Source: Blastocatellia bacterium (GTDB lineage Bacteria > Acidobacteriota > Blastocatellia > Chloracidobacteriales > JADJPF01). Taken from it: a stretch of 64,000 nucleotides of DNA. Under the pieces are notes generated by a model, which was not told the DNA's origin, did no database searches, and was given only the letters and a program-made list of their open reading frames with translations. Positions 55,132 to 64,000 of this stretch are shown here, piece after piece; position 1 is the first letter of the stretch, and each line of letters starts with the position of its first letter. Both the position numbers and the translations under genes were made by a program. The stretch is from positions 88,722 through 152,721 of the forward strand of contig JANWYG010000008.1 in the NCBI GenBank assembly GCA_025057015.1. Reading direction: 5' to 3'.

Positions 55132-56793
55132 ATGCGGCTAGCAGCAATAGACATAGGTTCGAATTCTATACACCTAGTACTTGTAGAAGTAGAGAGCGGG
55201 GGCAGGTTTAACATTCTCGCTCGTGAGAAGGAAATGGTGCGTCTTGCAGCTGGGGCTATGTCAACTCATCATCTATCTCGTTCGAGGATAGAGAGCGCGC
55301 TGGAGGTGATAGCGCGTTACGTGAGTTTTTCTAGAGCTAGAGGAGCTGAGCAGATACTTGCAACTGCTACAAGCGCAGTACGCGAAGCAAGTAATAGAAA
55401 CTATTTTGTGGAGCGAGTCAGGGCATTGACGGGTGTAAATGTAGAGATCCTGTCTGGGGTGGAAGAAGCTAGGCTAATCTCGCTTGCTGTGGCAGAGGCT
55501 ATGCACCTTGAGCGACGTAAGGCGTTGATAATAGATATTGGGGGAGGTTCAACAGAGTTTATTGTTACCGATGGCCGACAGCCTCTGCTGCTACGGTCGA
55601 TGCGGCTGGGTGCTGTGAGGCTTGCCGAACAAGAACGCCTGAGCGATCCTGTCAAGAAGAAGGAGCTGGCGAGGATGCGTGCAAACCTACGTGCTGACCT
55701 AGCGCGTACGGCACAAGAAATAATCGAACTAGGCTACGATATAGTCATAGGTACTTCTGGAACTATATTGAATCTTGTAGCTCTAGCCACTAGGTTACAG
55801 TCGCAAAGAAGCGAGCAGGCTTTCGCTAATTTTAGCGCTACTGCTAGCTTGGAACAAATAGAGCAGATAAACGAGCGATTAGCAAAGATGACTGAGCGTG
55901 AAAGGCGGGCTGTTCCTGGGCTCGATCCTGATCGCGCAGACATAATTGTTCCGGGTGGACAGATACTCGAGGCCATACTTCGCTCGGTTGGCGCAAGGGC
56001 GATAACTACTTGTGATTGGGCTCTTAGGGAAGGTATCTTGCTTGATTACATAGCCAAGCATGCAGATTTGCCTCATGCGGATCTGGGGCTAGTAACTGAT
56101 GAAAAAGTGCTTGACGTACGCGATAAAAGCATACTTGCGCTTGCTCGGCGATATGAGTATCAGCCTGTACACGCTCATCAGGTAGCGAAGTTAGCTGGGC
56201 AGCTTTTTGATGGGATGAAAACTTTGCACTGCCTATCGGATGAAGACCGAGTGCTGTTGCAGTATGCAGCGATACTACATGACATTGGCTATCATATTTC
56301 GCATACCGGACATCACCGCCATGGTTACTATATGATACAGAATGCTGAGCTTCCGGGCTTTAGTTCTTCGGAAGCAGCTCTGGTTGCCGCCTTGGTTCGT
56401 TTTCATAGAGGCGCACGACCTAGCAAAACTAAACATCCTGAGTATGCTGCACTGCCTAAGAAGGACCGTCAGCGGGTACTTAAGCTTTCGGCGTTGCTGC
56501 GGCTGGCTGATGGGCTAGATCGCTCGCATAGAGCGATCGTAGACAAAGTAGTACCGAAGAAATTAGGCAGGGGCTGGGAGATAGAAATCTATTCGCAACA
56601 AGACTGCGAGCTAGAGATGTGGTATGCCGGTAGAATGATCAAGTACTTTGAGCGAATCTTTGGTACTAAACTTTATCTGGTACGCAGTGAACCTCAGCCT
56701 CCGAATAGCGATTACATAGACGACAAAGGTTGCTCTGGTTCTACTATTTCGGATTCAGGACTTGTTGAGGCTGCTTTATCGCGTTCATCGTAG
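55132..56793 (+). CDS. ppx: exopolyphosphatase / pppGpp phosphohydrolase (Ppx/GppA) with a C-terminal HD domain
   Basis: MRLAAIDIGSNSIHLV, DIGGGSTE, and an HD region LHDIGYHISHTGHHRHGYY. GGAG RBS lies 10 nt before the ATG at 55132. Confidence 0.85.
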   Translation: MRLAAIDIGSNSIHLVLVEVESGGRFNILAREKEMVRLAAGAMSTHHLSRSRIESALEVIARYVSFSRARGAEQILATATSAVREASNRNYFVERVRALTGVNVEILSGVEEARLISLAVAEAMHLERRKALIIDIGGGSTEFIVTDGRQPLLLRSMRLGAVRLAEQERLSDPVKKKELARMRANLRADLARTAQEIIELGYDIVIGTSGTILNLVALATRLQSQRSEQAFANFSATASLEQIEQINERLAKMTERERRAVPGLDPDRADIIVPGGQILEAILRSVGARAITTCDWALREGILLDYIAKHADLPHADLGLVTDEKVLDVRDKSILALARRYEYQPVHAHQVAKLAGQLFDGMKTLHCLSDEDRVLLQYAAILHDIGYHISHTGHHRHGYYMIQNAELPGFSSSEAALVAALVRFHRGARPSKTKHPEYAALPKKDRQRVLKLSALLRLADGLDRSHRAIVDKVVPKKLGRGWEIEIYSQQDCELEMWYAGRMIKYFERIFGTKLYLVRSEPQPPNSDYIDDKGCSGSTISDSGLVEAALSRSS

Positions 56794-57953
56794 AGTAGCT
56801 TCAGTAGCGGCGGTGCTATGAGCGTAGTAGCCACAGCCATAAAGACTACCATAGCATAGCTAGCCTTGCTAAGTACTCCCATGCCAAGGCCTAGCTGAGC
56901 GACTATTATACCGACCTCGCCGCGTGGCATCATGCCGACTCCTATTTGCAGGGCTGCCCGCAGACCAAGAGGTAGCGCTGCTGCTCCACATCCTAATAGT
57001 TTGGTAGCTATTGCTATTGTAGTAAGGATTAGCGACATAATTACCATTTGCTTATCAGTAAATACAGACAGGTCTACTTGCAGCCCTATGCCTACGAAGA
57101 AGAAAGGCACGAGGAATTCCATTACTGCAGAAGTCTGGTTGTGCATGGTTGTGTGCTCGCTTATCTCGGCAAGAGCCATACCGGCCAAGAAGGCACCTAC
57201 TATAGCTGCCATACCTATGTAGGTTGCTAGCACTGAGAAGCCTAGGCAGAGTATTAGCCCGCCTACGAAATAGGCATGACCAATTCTCAATCGCTCTAGC
57301 GAAGGACTTGCGCGTTTTACTATTTTCGTACCTACAAGAGCGACAAACAGTGTAAAGCCTATTGACACGGCTGCTGTGGTTAGTATCTCGCCGTATTTGA
57401 TTTGCCCTTTGGCTATACTTGTTACGATGCTTAACACTAGTAACCCTAGTATGTCGTCTATTACTGCTGCCCCAAGTATGATTTGGCTGGATTTAGCCGA
57501 CAGCATCCTCATTCCTGAAAGCACTCGCGCTGTAATGCCTACGCTAGTAGCTACTAGTGCAGCGCCTAAGAAGATGGCTTCGGCTGTGTTGCCGCCGGTA
57601 TAGTGCATGAAAAAATAGCCTGCTATAAACGGTAGTACTACCCCACAGACTGCTACAAGCAGTGAGATAGTGCCTACTCTGAATAGGGCGCGGGAATTTA
57701 CCTCTAGGCCGACAGTGAATAGCAGCAGCATTACGCCCATTTCCGACAGAGCGTGTGTTAGTTCTGTGTGGTGGATCAGTTTGAATACAGAAGGACCGAT
57801 TATTATACCTGCAAGTATTTCGCCTACGACGGGTGGCTGCCGTATCCTTTCAAAGAACTCGGCGCTTAGCTTTGCAGCTGCGAAGATGATAAATAGCGAT
57901 AGCAGTAGCGAATCTGCCCCTGTTGGACTAAAGAAAAGTAGTTCTGGTTGCAC
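56712..57953 (-). CDS. cation:proton antiporter (CPA2/Kef-NapA type)
   Basis: 413 aa, ~12 TM helices. N-terminus QPPVVGEILAGIIIGPS is typical of the Na_H_Exchanger family. Confidence 0.85.
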   Translation of the reverse strand: MQPELLFFSPTGADSLLLSLFIIFAAAKLSAEFFERIRQPPVVGEILAGIIIGPSVFKLIHHTELTHALSEMGVMLLLFTVGLEVNSRALFRVGTISLLVAVCGVVLPFIAGYFFMHYTGGNTAEAIFLGAALVATSVGITARVLSGMRMLSAKSSQIILGAAVIDDILGLLVLSIVTSIAKGQIKYGEILTTAAVSIGFTLFVALVGTKIVKRASPSLERLRIGHAYFVGGLILCLGFSVLATYIGMAAIVGAFLAGMALAEISEHTTMHNQTSAVMEFLVPFFFVGIGLQVDLSVFTDKQMVIMSLILTTIAIATKLLGCGAAALPLGLRAALQIGVGMMPRGEVGIIVAQLGLGMGVLSKASYAMVVFMAVATTLIAPPLLKLLYDERDKAASTSPESEIVEPEQPLSSM

Positions 57954-57954
57954 T

Positions 57955-58929
57955 TTAACCCTTTCTTAGTCTTGTAAGTATTTGGGTATGGTTAAGTCTG
58001 AGGTATTCAGAGTTTCTCAGTAACTCACACTCCTCTTTTAGAAGACGTATAAGATATCTCAACCGTCCGTTTTCAGTCCACTTGTGCACGTATGTGAGGT
58101 GGTAATTTGGAGTTATATGGAGCTGCTTATCTGGGGAAACATCTAGAGTGAGGTCTACTATTACGCCTATATCTTTGCCATCTCCGCGTTGGTTGGAGAT
58201 AAAGTTACCCATAGAGAAGATCGCGTAGCGGCTGGCGTCAGGCGAAAGGATTGGTTGTTGGACTATGTGAGGGTGACTGCCAAGAACTATGTCTATACCA
58301 AGGGATTGAAATTTCTCTACTGCGGCTTTCTGTGTTTCGTCAGGGCAAGTTGAATATTCTGTACCTATGTGAAGCATGCTGAGGATGACATCTGCACCGG
58401 CAGCTCTACAGGCAGCTACATCTAGGGCTACTTTTTCATAATCTATGAGGTTAACCATGTATTCTTCAGCCACGGGGATATCGTTTGTGCCGTAGGTATA
58501 GGCGGTAATAGCGATACGGATTTTGTTACGAGTCACGATGAGGGGTGTGTTGCGTTCTTTCTGTGATCTTGCTGTGCCGGTATGGAGAAGACCTGCTTCG
58601 TCGAGCCGGTCGAGGGTAGAGAAGATACCTGCTTCGCCGTAGTCTGCAGCATGGTTGTTAGCTGTAGTAAGCACATCGAATCCTACAAGTTTTAGTTCTT
58701 TGGCAAGTATTTCTGGAGCGTTAAAGCGCGGGTAGCCGGTATAGCCTTTTTCCTTGCCTGCGAAGGTAGTTTCCAAATTACCGATTACGAGATCAGCTTG
58801 TGAGAACAGCTCTCTTACTTCTTCAAAACACGAGCTGAACGAATAGCTATGAGATACTTCGTCATAGGCAGCATTGATTTGGTCTTGGTGAATGATAATG
58901 TCACCTACGGCCATAACTCTTGCTTTCAT
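57955..58929 (-). CDS. CapA-family metallophosphoesterase-like protein (poly-gamma-glutamate capsule synthesis family)
   Basis: 324 aa. VMAVGDIIIHQ, GNLETTF, TANNHAADYG, LHIGTEY and LGSHPHIVQ. Confidence 0.8.
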   Translation of the reverse strand: MKARVMAVGDIIIHQDQINAAYDEVSHSYSFSSCFEEVRELFSQADLVIGNLETTFAGKEKGYTGYPRFNAPEILAKELKLVGFDVLTTANNHAADYGEAGIFSTLDRLDEAGLLHTGTARSQKERNTPLIVTRNKIRIAITAYTYGTNDIPVAEEYMVNLIDYEKVALDVAACRAAGADVILSMLHIGTEYSTCPDETQKAAVEKFQSLGIDIVLGSHPHIVQQPILSPDASRYAIFSMGNFISNQRGDGKDIGVIVDLTLDVSPDKQLHITPNYHLTYVHKWTENGRLRYLIRLLKEECELLRNSEYLRLNHTQILTRLRKG

Positions 58930-58992
58930 GGGCTAGTATTTTAGCAGACTTTGTGTTGATATGTTCCTAAAGCGGTTGTGTAGTGTTTGATG

Positions 58993-59022
58993 TTGACGAG
59001 AATGAAGGTTGTTTTCTATAAT
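58993..59022 (+). promoter_or_regulatory. candidate sigma-70 promoter of the rplU operon
   Basis: TTGACG (58993-58998), 18 nt spacer, TATAAT (59017-59022). About 50 nt upstream of the rplU start. Confidence 0.55.
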
Positions 59023-59071
59023 TTGAAACTTTCTTACTTAATCTCGTGGAGTAATCTTAGAGCCGGAGGTA

Positions 59072-59377
59072 ATGGTTTTGTACGCAGTAATTAGGACAGG
59101 TGGGAAACAATATCGTGTGACTGAAGGACAGACTTTGCGCGTACCGAGCATAGATGCTGAAGTTGGTGCTACGATTGAGCTAGAGACGTTGGCTAAGGGT
59201 GAGGCTGAGCAGTTACAAGTTGGGGCGCCGGTGCTTGCTGATAAAGTCAAGGCTAAAGTGGTGGAGCACGGGCGGGGAGAAAAGATAATAGTCTTCAAAT
59301 TCAAGCGTCGCAAGCAGTACAAACGCAAGCGAGGACATCGTCAAGGCTTTACTGCTATAAAGATCGAATCGATATGA
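59072..59377 (+). CDS. rplU: 50S ribosomal protein L21
   Basis: YAVIRTGGKQYRV..., 101 aa. GGAGG RBS. An alternative TTG start at 59078 gives MYAVIR. Confidence 0.95.
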   Translation: MVLYAVIRTGGKQYRVTEGQTLRVPSIDAEVGATIELETLAKGEAEQLQVGAPVLADKVKAKVVEHGRGEKIIVFKFKRRKQYKRKRGHRQGFTAIKIESI

Positions 59378-59389
59378 TGAGAGGGGGAT

Positions 59390-60662
<1,273 letters not shown>

Positions 60663-60663
<1 letters not shown>

Positions 60664-61034
60664 TGACTGAGAATACGACGCTGATAGAGGGTATAAGTGA
60701 TGCGAGGCTTGAAACTGTAGTAGCATGTGCTGGAGATAAGAAGGCTGTTGACATAGTGATTCTGGACCTCAGAGAGGTAGCTCAATTTACTGATTATTTT
60801 GTCATTTGCAATGGTCGTAGCAACAGACAAGTGCAGGCAATATGCGAGCAGATAGAGGAAAAACTTTCGCAGCGGGGTGTTAGGCCTTTACATATAGAGG
60901 GTTTTGAAGCTGCTCGATGGATACTTATGGACTATGGTGACTTTATAGTTCATATCTTTGACGAGGAAGCAAGGAAGTTTTACGAGTTAGAGAGACTTTG
61001 GCGGGATGCGCCGCGGATAGAGATAAAGGGTTGA
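60663..61034 (+). CDS. rsfS: ribosome silencing factor RsfS (iojap)
   Basis: 123 aa. DKKAVDIVILDLREVAQFTDYFVICNGRSNRQVQAI...W.LMDYGDFIVHIF. Confidence 0.9.
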
Positions 61035-61966
61035 TGGATGCTGTTGAGGTAGTGGCTGTCTGTCCTAAGATGCGCTATCTCCTTGGGCTGCTCGACAGGG
61101 TGGCAAGAACCGATGCTACGCTGGTTATATATGGCGAGTCAGGTACGGGTAAGGATCTTTTTGCTCGACTTGCGCATGAAAAGAGTCGTAGAAGTGGGGC
61201 CGCTCTAGTAAAGATCGATTTTTCGACGTTTCCAAGTGAGCTGCTGGAAAGTGAACTTTTTGGCTATGAGAAAGGAGCTTTTTCCGGTGCGTTTAGTAGC
61301 AAGCCTGGCAGATTAGAGGCTGCAACTGGTGGTACGCTAGTACTTGATGAGTTGATTCATCTAAGCCCTCAAAGCCAGGCTAAACTGCTAAGGATAATAG
61401 AAGACCGAGAGTTTATGCGCCTCGGTGCCGTGACAAAGACTCCACTTGATGTGCGCTTGATAGTGCTATCAAGTATCAAACTGATTGAGGCCGTAAATGC
61501 CGGACTGCTCAGAGTAGATCTTTTTCACCGTCTGAACATAGTGTCTTTAGAGTTGCCCCCCCTTAGAGAACGTCGACCCGACTTAGAGGTACTTTTAGAC
61601 CTCTGCCTGAAGAGAGCAGCTAGGTTGCATCGTAAAAGCGTCAAGACGATAAGCGACGAAGCCAAAAGGCTGTTGTTGGAATATGAGTATCCCGGCAACG
61701 TACGGGAGCTTCAAAATATTCTTGAACGTGCTGTGATCTTAGCTGCAAGCGAGACTATACAAGTAGAACATCTGCCTGACTACATGGTTTCTATACGGCG
61801 ATTTGTTGATGGACGCAAGATGACCCTTGCTGAAGTGGAGGCGCTGTACATAAGAGAGGTGCTGCTTGAGACTCGAGGGCATAAGACAAAAGCAGCAAAG
61901 ATACTTGGTATCAGTAGGAAAAACCTGTACGAGAAGATGAAGAAGTACTCGATAAAAGTTAACTAG
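61034..61966 (+). CDS. sensor-less sigma-54-dependent activator (AAA+ sigma-54 interaction domain plus Fis HTH; PspF-like architecture)
   Basis: 310 aa. Walker A YGESGTGKD, GAFSGA (GAFTGA variant), Walker B LVLDEL, FHRLNIVSLELPPLRERRPD, PGNVRELQN, C-terminal HTH TKAAKILGISRKNLYEK. No receiver, PAS or GAF domain. The start overlaps the rsfS stop by 1 nt. Confidence 0.85.
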   Translation: MDAVEVVAVCPKMRYLLGLLDRVARTDATLVIYGESGTGKDLFARLAHEKSRRSGAALVKIDFSTFPSELLESELFGYEKGAFSGAFSSKPGRLEAATGGTLVLDELIHLSPQSQAKLLRIIEDREFMRLGAVTKTPLDVRLIVLSSIKLIEAVNAGLLRVDLFHRLNIVSLELPPLRERRPDLEVLLDLCLKRAARLHRKSVKTISDEAKRLLLEYEYPGNVRELQNILERAVILAASETIQVEHLPDYMVSIRRFVDGRKMTLAEVEALYIREVLLETRGHKTKAAKILGISRKNLYEKMKKYSIKVN

Positions 61967-61977
61967 CCAGAAAAGGA

Positions 61978-62412
61978 ATGAAATTCTACTTTGTTTGGAT
62001 AGGTAAAACAAGAAATCCTCATTTGGAAGCGCTTGTAGAAGAGTACTTGCGCCGCCTTGGTCGTTATGCAAGGTATGAGCTGCGAGAGCTAAAAGATGCT
62101 AGAAACGAAGATCAGACTATACTTTCGGCGCTCGAAAGAGATATCTATACCATAGTTTTGGATGAGCTAGGCGAGCAGTGGACTTCGCGCGAGCTGGCTT
62201 CGGCACTAGAGAAGTGGCAGTTACAGTCGATCAAAGGGTTGGCTTTCGTCGTAGGTGGTGCTGAAGGACTTGGTAAGCAAGTCAAAGCTAGAGCAAACAG
62301 GCTATGGTCATTGTCAAAACTGACGTTTACTCATGAAATGGTACGGGTGTTGCTTTTAGAGCAACTCTATAGAGCGTGTACGATCATTCACGGCCATCCA
62401 TATCAAAAGTGA
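61978..62412 (+). CDS. rlmH: 23S rRNA (pseudouridine1915-N3)-methyltransferase RlmH
   Basis: 144 aa SPOUT/YbeA pattern: ...LDE.G...S.E.A........G....F..GGA.G......A....SLS..TF.H...R..L.EQ.YRA..I..G.PY. Confidence 0.9.
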   Translation: MKFYFVWIGKTRNPHLEALVEEYLRRLGRYARYELRELKDARNEDQTILSALERDIYTIVLDELGEQWTSRELASALEKWQLQSIKGLAFVVGGAEGLGKQVKARANRLWSLSKLTFTHEMVRVLLLEQLYRACTIIHGHPYQK

Positions 62413-62433
62413 TGGTCAAGGGGGAAATCAAGG

Positions 62434-62802
62434 ATGGAAAAAGCGAAGCTAGAATACTACAAAGCTAAGTTACTAGAAAGGCGTACTGTCCTGACTGGTA
62501 TGGTGGAAAGGACAGAAAACTATGGCCGTGAAGCAGATACAGAGCTTACTCAAGATCCTGCGGATAAAGCTTCCAACGCGTATACCAAGGAACTGCTTTT
62601 CAGTCAGAGCACCAACGATCGGTTTATTCTGAACCTCATAGCTGAGGCGCTAGAACGCATCGAAGATGGTACTTACGGTTTATGCGTGTATTGTAACAGG
62701 GAGATTCAGCCTAAGAGGCTAGAAGCTGTACCTTGGGCGCGACATTGCATTACTTGTCAGGATCTACAAGAGCGCGGATTACTTGACGAAGAGGAACAGT
62801 AG
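62434..62802 (+). CDS. DksA/TraR-family C4 zinc-finger protein
   Basis: 122 aa. Coiled-coil N-terminus, then [26 protein letters not shown]. Confidence 0.8.
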   Translation: MEKAKLEYYKAKLLERRTVLTGMVERTENYGREADTELTQDPADKASNAYTKELLFSQSTNDRFILNLIAEALERIEDGTYGLCVYCNREIQPKRLEAVPWARHCITCQDLQERGLLDEEEQ

Positions 62803-63518
62803 TGTGGTTGCTTTTAGATAAATGTGCGAAGGGCTTGCTAAGCGTAGTCTTGCCGGTTAGCTGCGCTTGCTGTGGCTGTGCTGTAGGTGGACTGGCGGAA
62901 GGAAGTGTGTGCGAGTCCTGTTGGCAAAAGGTGCGTCGGCCTGACTTCAGGAGAGCCTGCTGCAGACGATGCACTAAGCCTTATCCTGTTGAAATCGCTG
63001 AATGCGATTTATGTAAGGATTTGGCTTTCCGGAAGGCAGTCTATTGTGGTGTGTATGAAGGTGCCATACGTAACGTAGTTTTGGAACTCAAAACTTTGCC
63101 TCATTTACCGAAAAAGGCTAAACAGCTGCTTTTCGATACTTATTTAGAAGCTTCGCTTTCTTGTGACGTCATAGTGCCTGTACCGCTTCATCCTGATAGA
63201 CTTAAGGAACGTGGCTATAATCAAGCAGAAGTTATAGCAAAAGCCCTGTCGCAGATGACGGGAATAGAAGTAGACTCGATCTCTTTGATAAGAGTTAGAA
63301 AAACTGTGAAAAACCGCGCTTGGGCTACTCGAACTGACCGTATTAGGGAATTGAAAGGGGCTTTTAGAATCTGCAAACCTCGCCGGATTGCCAACCGCAG
63401 CGTGCTTCTTATCGACGATCTGTATACTACAGGGAGCACCGCTACAGCTTGTGCACAAGCACTGCTTGATAGCGGTGCAAAGGATGTTTCCGTAATTACA
63501 TTGGCTAGGCGACTCTAG
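62802..63518 (+). CDS. ComF-family protein (phosphoribosyltransferase domain with an N-terminal zinc-ribbon)
   Basis: 238 aa, GTG start overlapping the previous stop by 1 nt. Cys-rich N-terminus. PRTase motif VLLIDDLYTTGSTA. Confidence 0.8.
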   Translation: MWLLLDKCAKGLLSVVLPVSCACCGCAVGGLAEGSVCESCWQKVRRPDFRRACCRRCTKPYPVEIAECDLCKDLAFRKAVYCGVYEGAIRNVVLELKTLPHLPKKAKQLLFDTYLEASLSCDVIVPVPLHPDRLKERGYNQAEVIAKALSQMTGIEVDSISLIRVRKTVKNRAWATRTDRIRELKGAFRICKPRRIANRSVLLIDDLYTTGSTATACAQALLDSGAKDVSVITLARRL

Positions 63519-64000
63519 CGTTCTTGAATATCTTCTTCGTCTTCCTCCTCTTCGTCTTCTTCTTCGCTGCGTAGGTCGAGCTCGTCAAGTTTTCTAGCTG
63601 TTAGGGATAGCTTTGGGCGATCGCCAAAATAAGCGGCAATCTCGTTGTATATTTGTCCTGCAAACACTGACGTCTGTGAACCACGTTCTGAAGATCCTGT
63701 GGTTATGACTACAGCTACTAGGTCGGGTTTTTCAGGGCTAAAGAAAGAGGCAAAAAGCCCGAGTTTTGATTCCTGACCAGTACAACTTCCTGTCTTACCT
63801 GCGACTCCTAGATGTGCTGCGCCACATCGCCGGGCAGAACCAAATGTGACTGCTCCTAGCATCCCTTCTATTAGCTTTTGCCGTGCTTTTTCGTCCATAC
63901 GCACCGTGCGCAAAAGCCGAGGCTGGAATTCTGCTTCCTCGCGCTCGCTTCTTACTATTTGTGGTTGGTAGATCTTGCCACCGTTGGCAATTGCAGCAGT
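63515..64000 (-). CDS. penicillin-binding protein (PBP2/FtsI-type transpeptidase), C-terminal fragment; 5' end outside window
   Basis: Frame is open to the window edge (TAAIANGGKIYQPQIV...). KTG box in GVAGKTGS. Ends with an acidic tail SEEEDEEEEDEEDIQER. Confidence 0.7.
   Translation of the reverse strand, partial: TAAIANGGKIYQPQIVRSEREEAEFQPRLLRTVRMDEKARQKLIEGMLGAVTFGSARRCGAAHLGVAGKTGSCTGQESKLGLFASFFSPEKPDLVAVVITTGSSERGSQTSVFAGQIYNEIAAYFGDRPKLSLTARKLDELDLRSEEEDEEEEDEEDIQER

Overview
This is 64 kb of bacterial chromosome with moderate GC. It is densely coded on both strands: about 64 protein genes, two tRNAs (Lys-UUU, Glu-UUC) and one tmRNA. I saw no rRNA, CRISPR array, transposase, integrase or phage genes, so it reads as core chromosome rather than an island. 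The gene content suggests an Acidobacteriota-like lineage: a TIGR02999-like ECF sigma factor coupled to a Ser/Thr kinase, a DUF4388 protein, large TPR regulators, and an OmpA protein with PKD-like repeats. That placement is inference only. Confident housekeeping calls are purD, trxB, alaS, rplU-rpmA-obg-rsfS-rlmH, ruvX-mltG, gdh, ppx, ssrA, boxB/boxC and a thiolase/hbd pair. The best candidate for an undescribed system is a tightly packed operon at 812-4544. It encodes PspA/IM30 (ESCRT-III superfamily), a membrane-anchored coiled-coil protein, a classical SRH-type AAA ATPase and a thioesterase, which resembles a bacterial ESCRT-III/Vps4 module. Other observations worth a second look:
- A sensor-less, PspF-like sigma-54 activator sits inside the rplU-obg-rsfS-rlmH-dksA operon.
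- A near-consensus sigma-54 -24/-12 promoter lies upstream of a zinc-ribbon/CutA/DUF4388 operon.
- A single-module ClpA-D2-type ATPase with an IGF loop lies downstream of a CPBP protease.
- An unknown 487-aa protein, an orphan histidine kinase and a GT9 glycosyltransferase form one operon.
- A boxCB-boxR cluster lacks boxA and is followed by an FHA-GGDEF gene.
- A 59-aa ORF is missing from the supplied track.
All family assignments come from motif recognition by eye. No searches were run.
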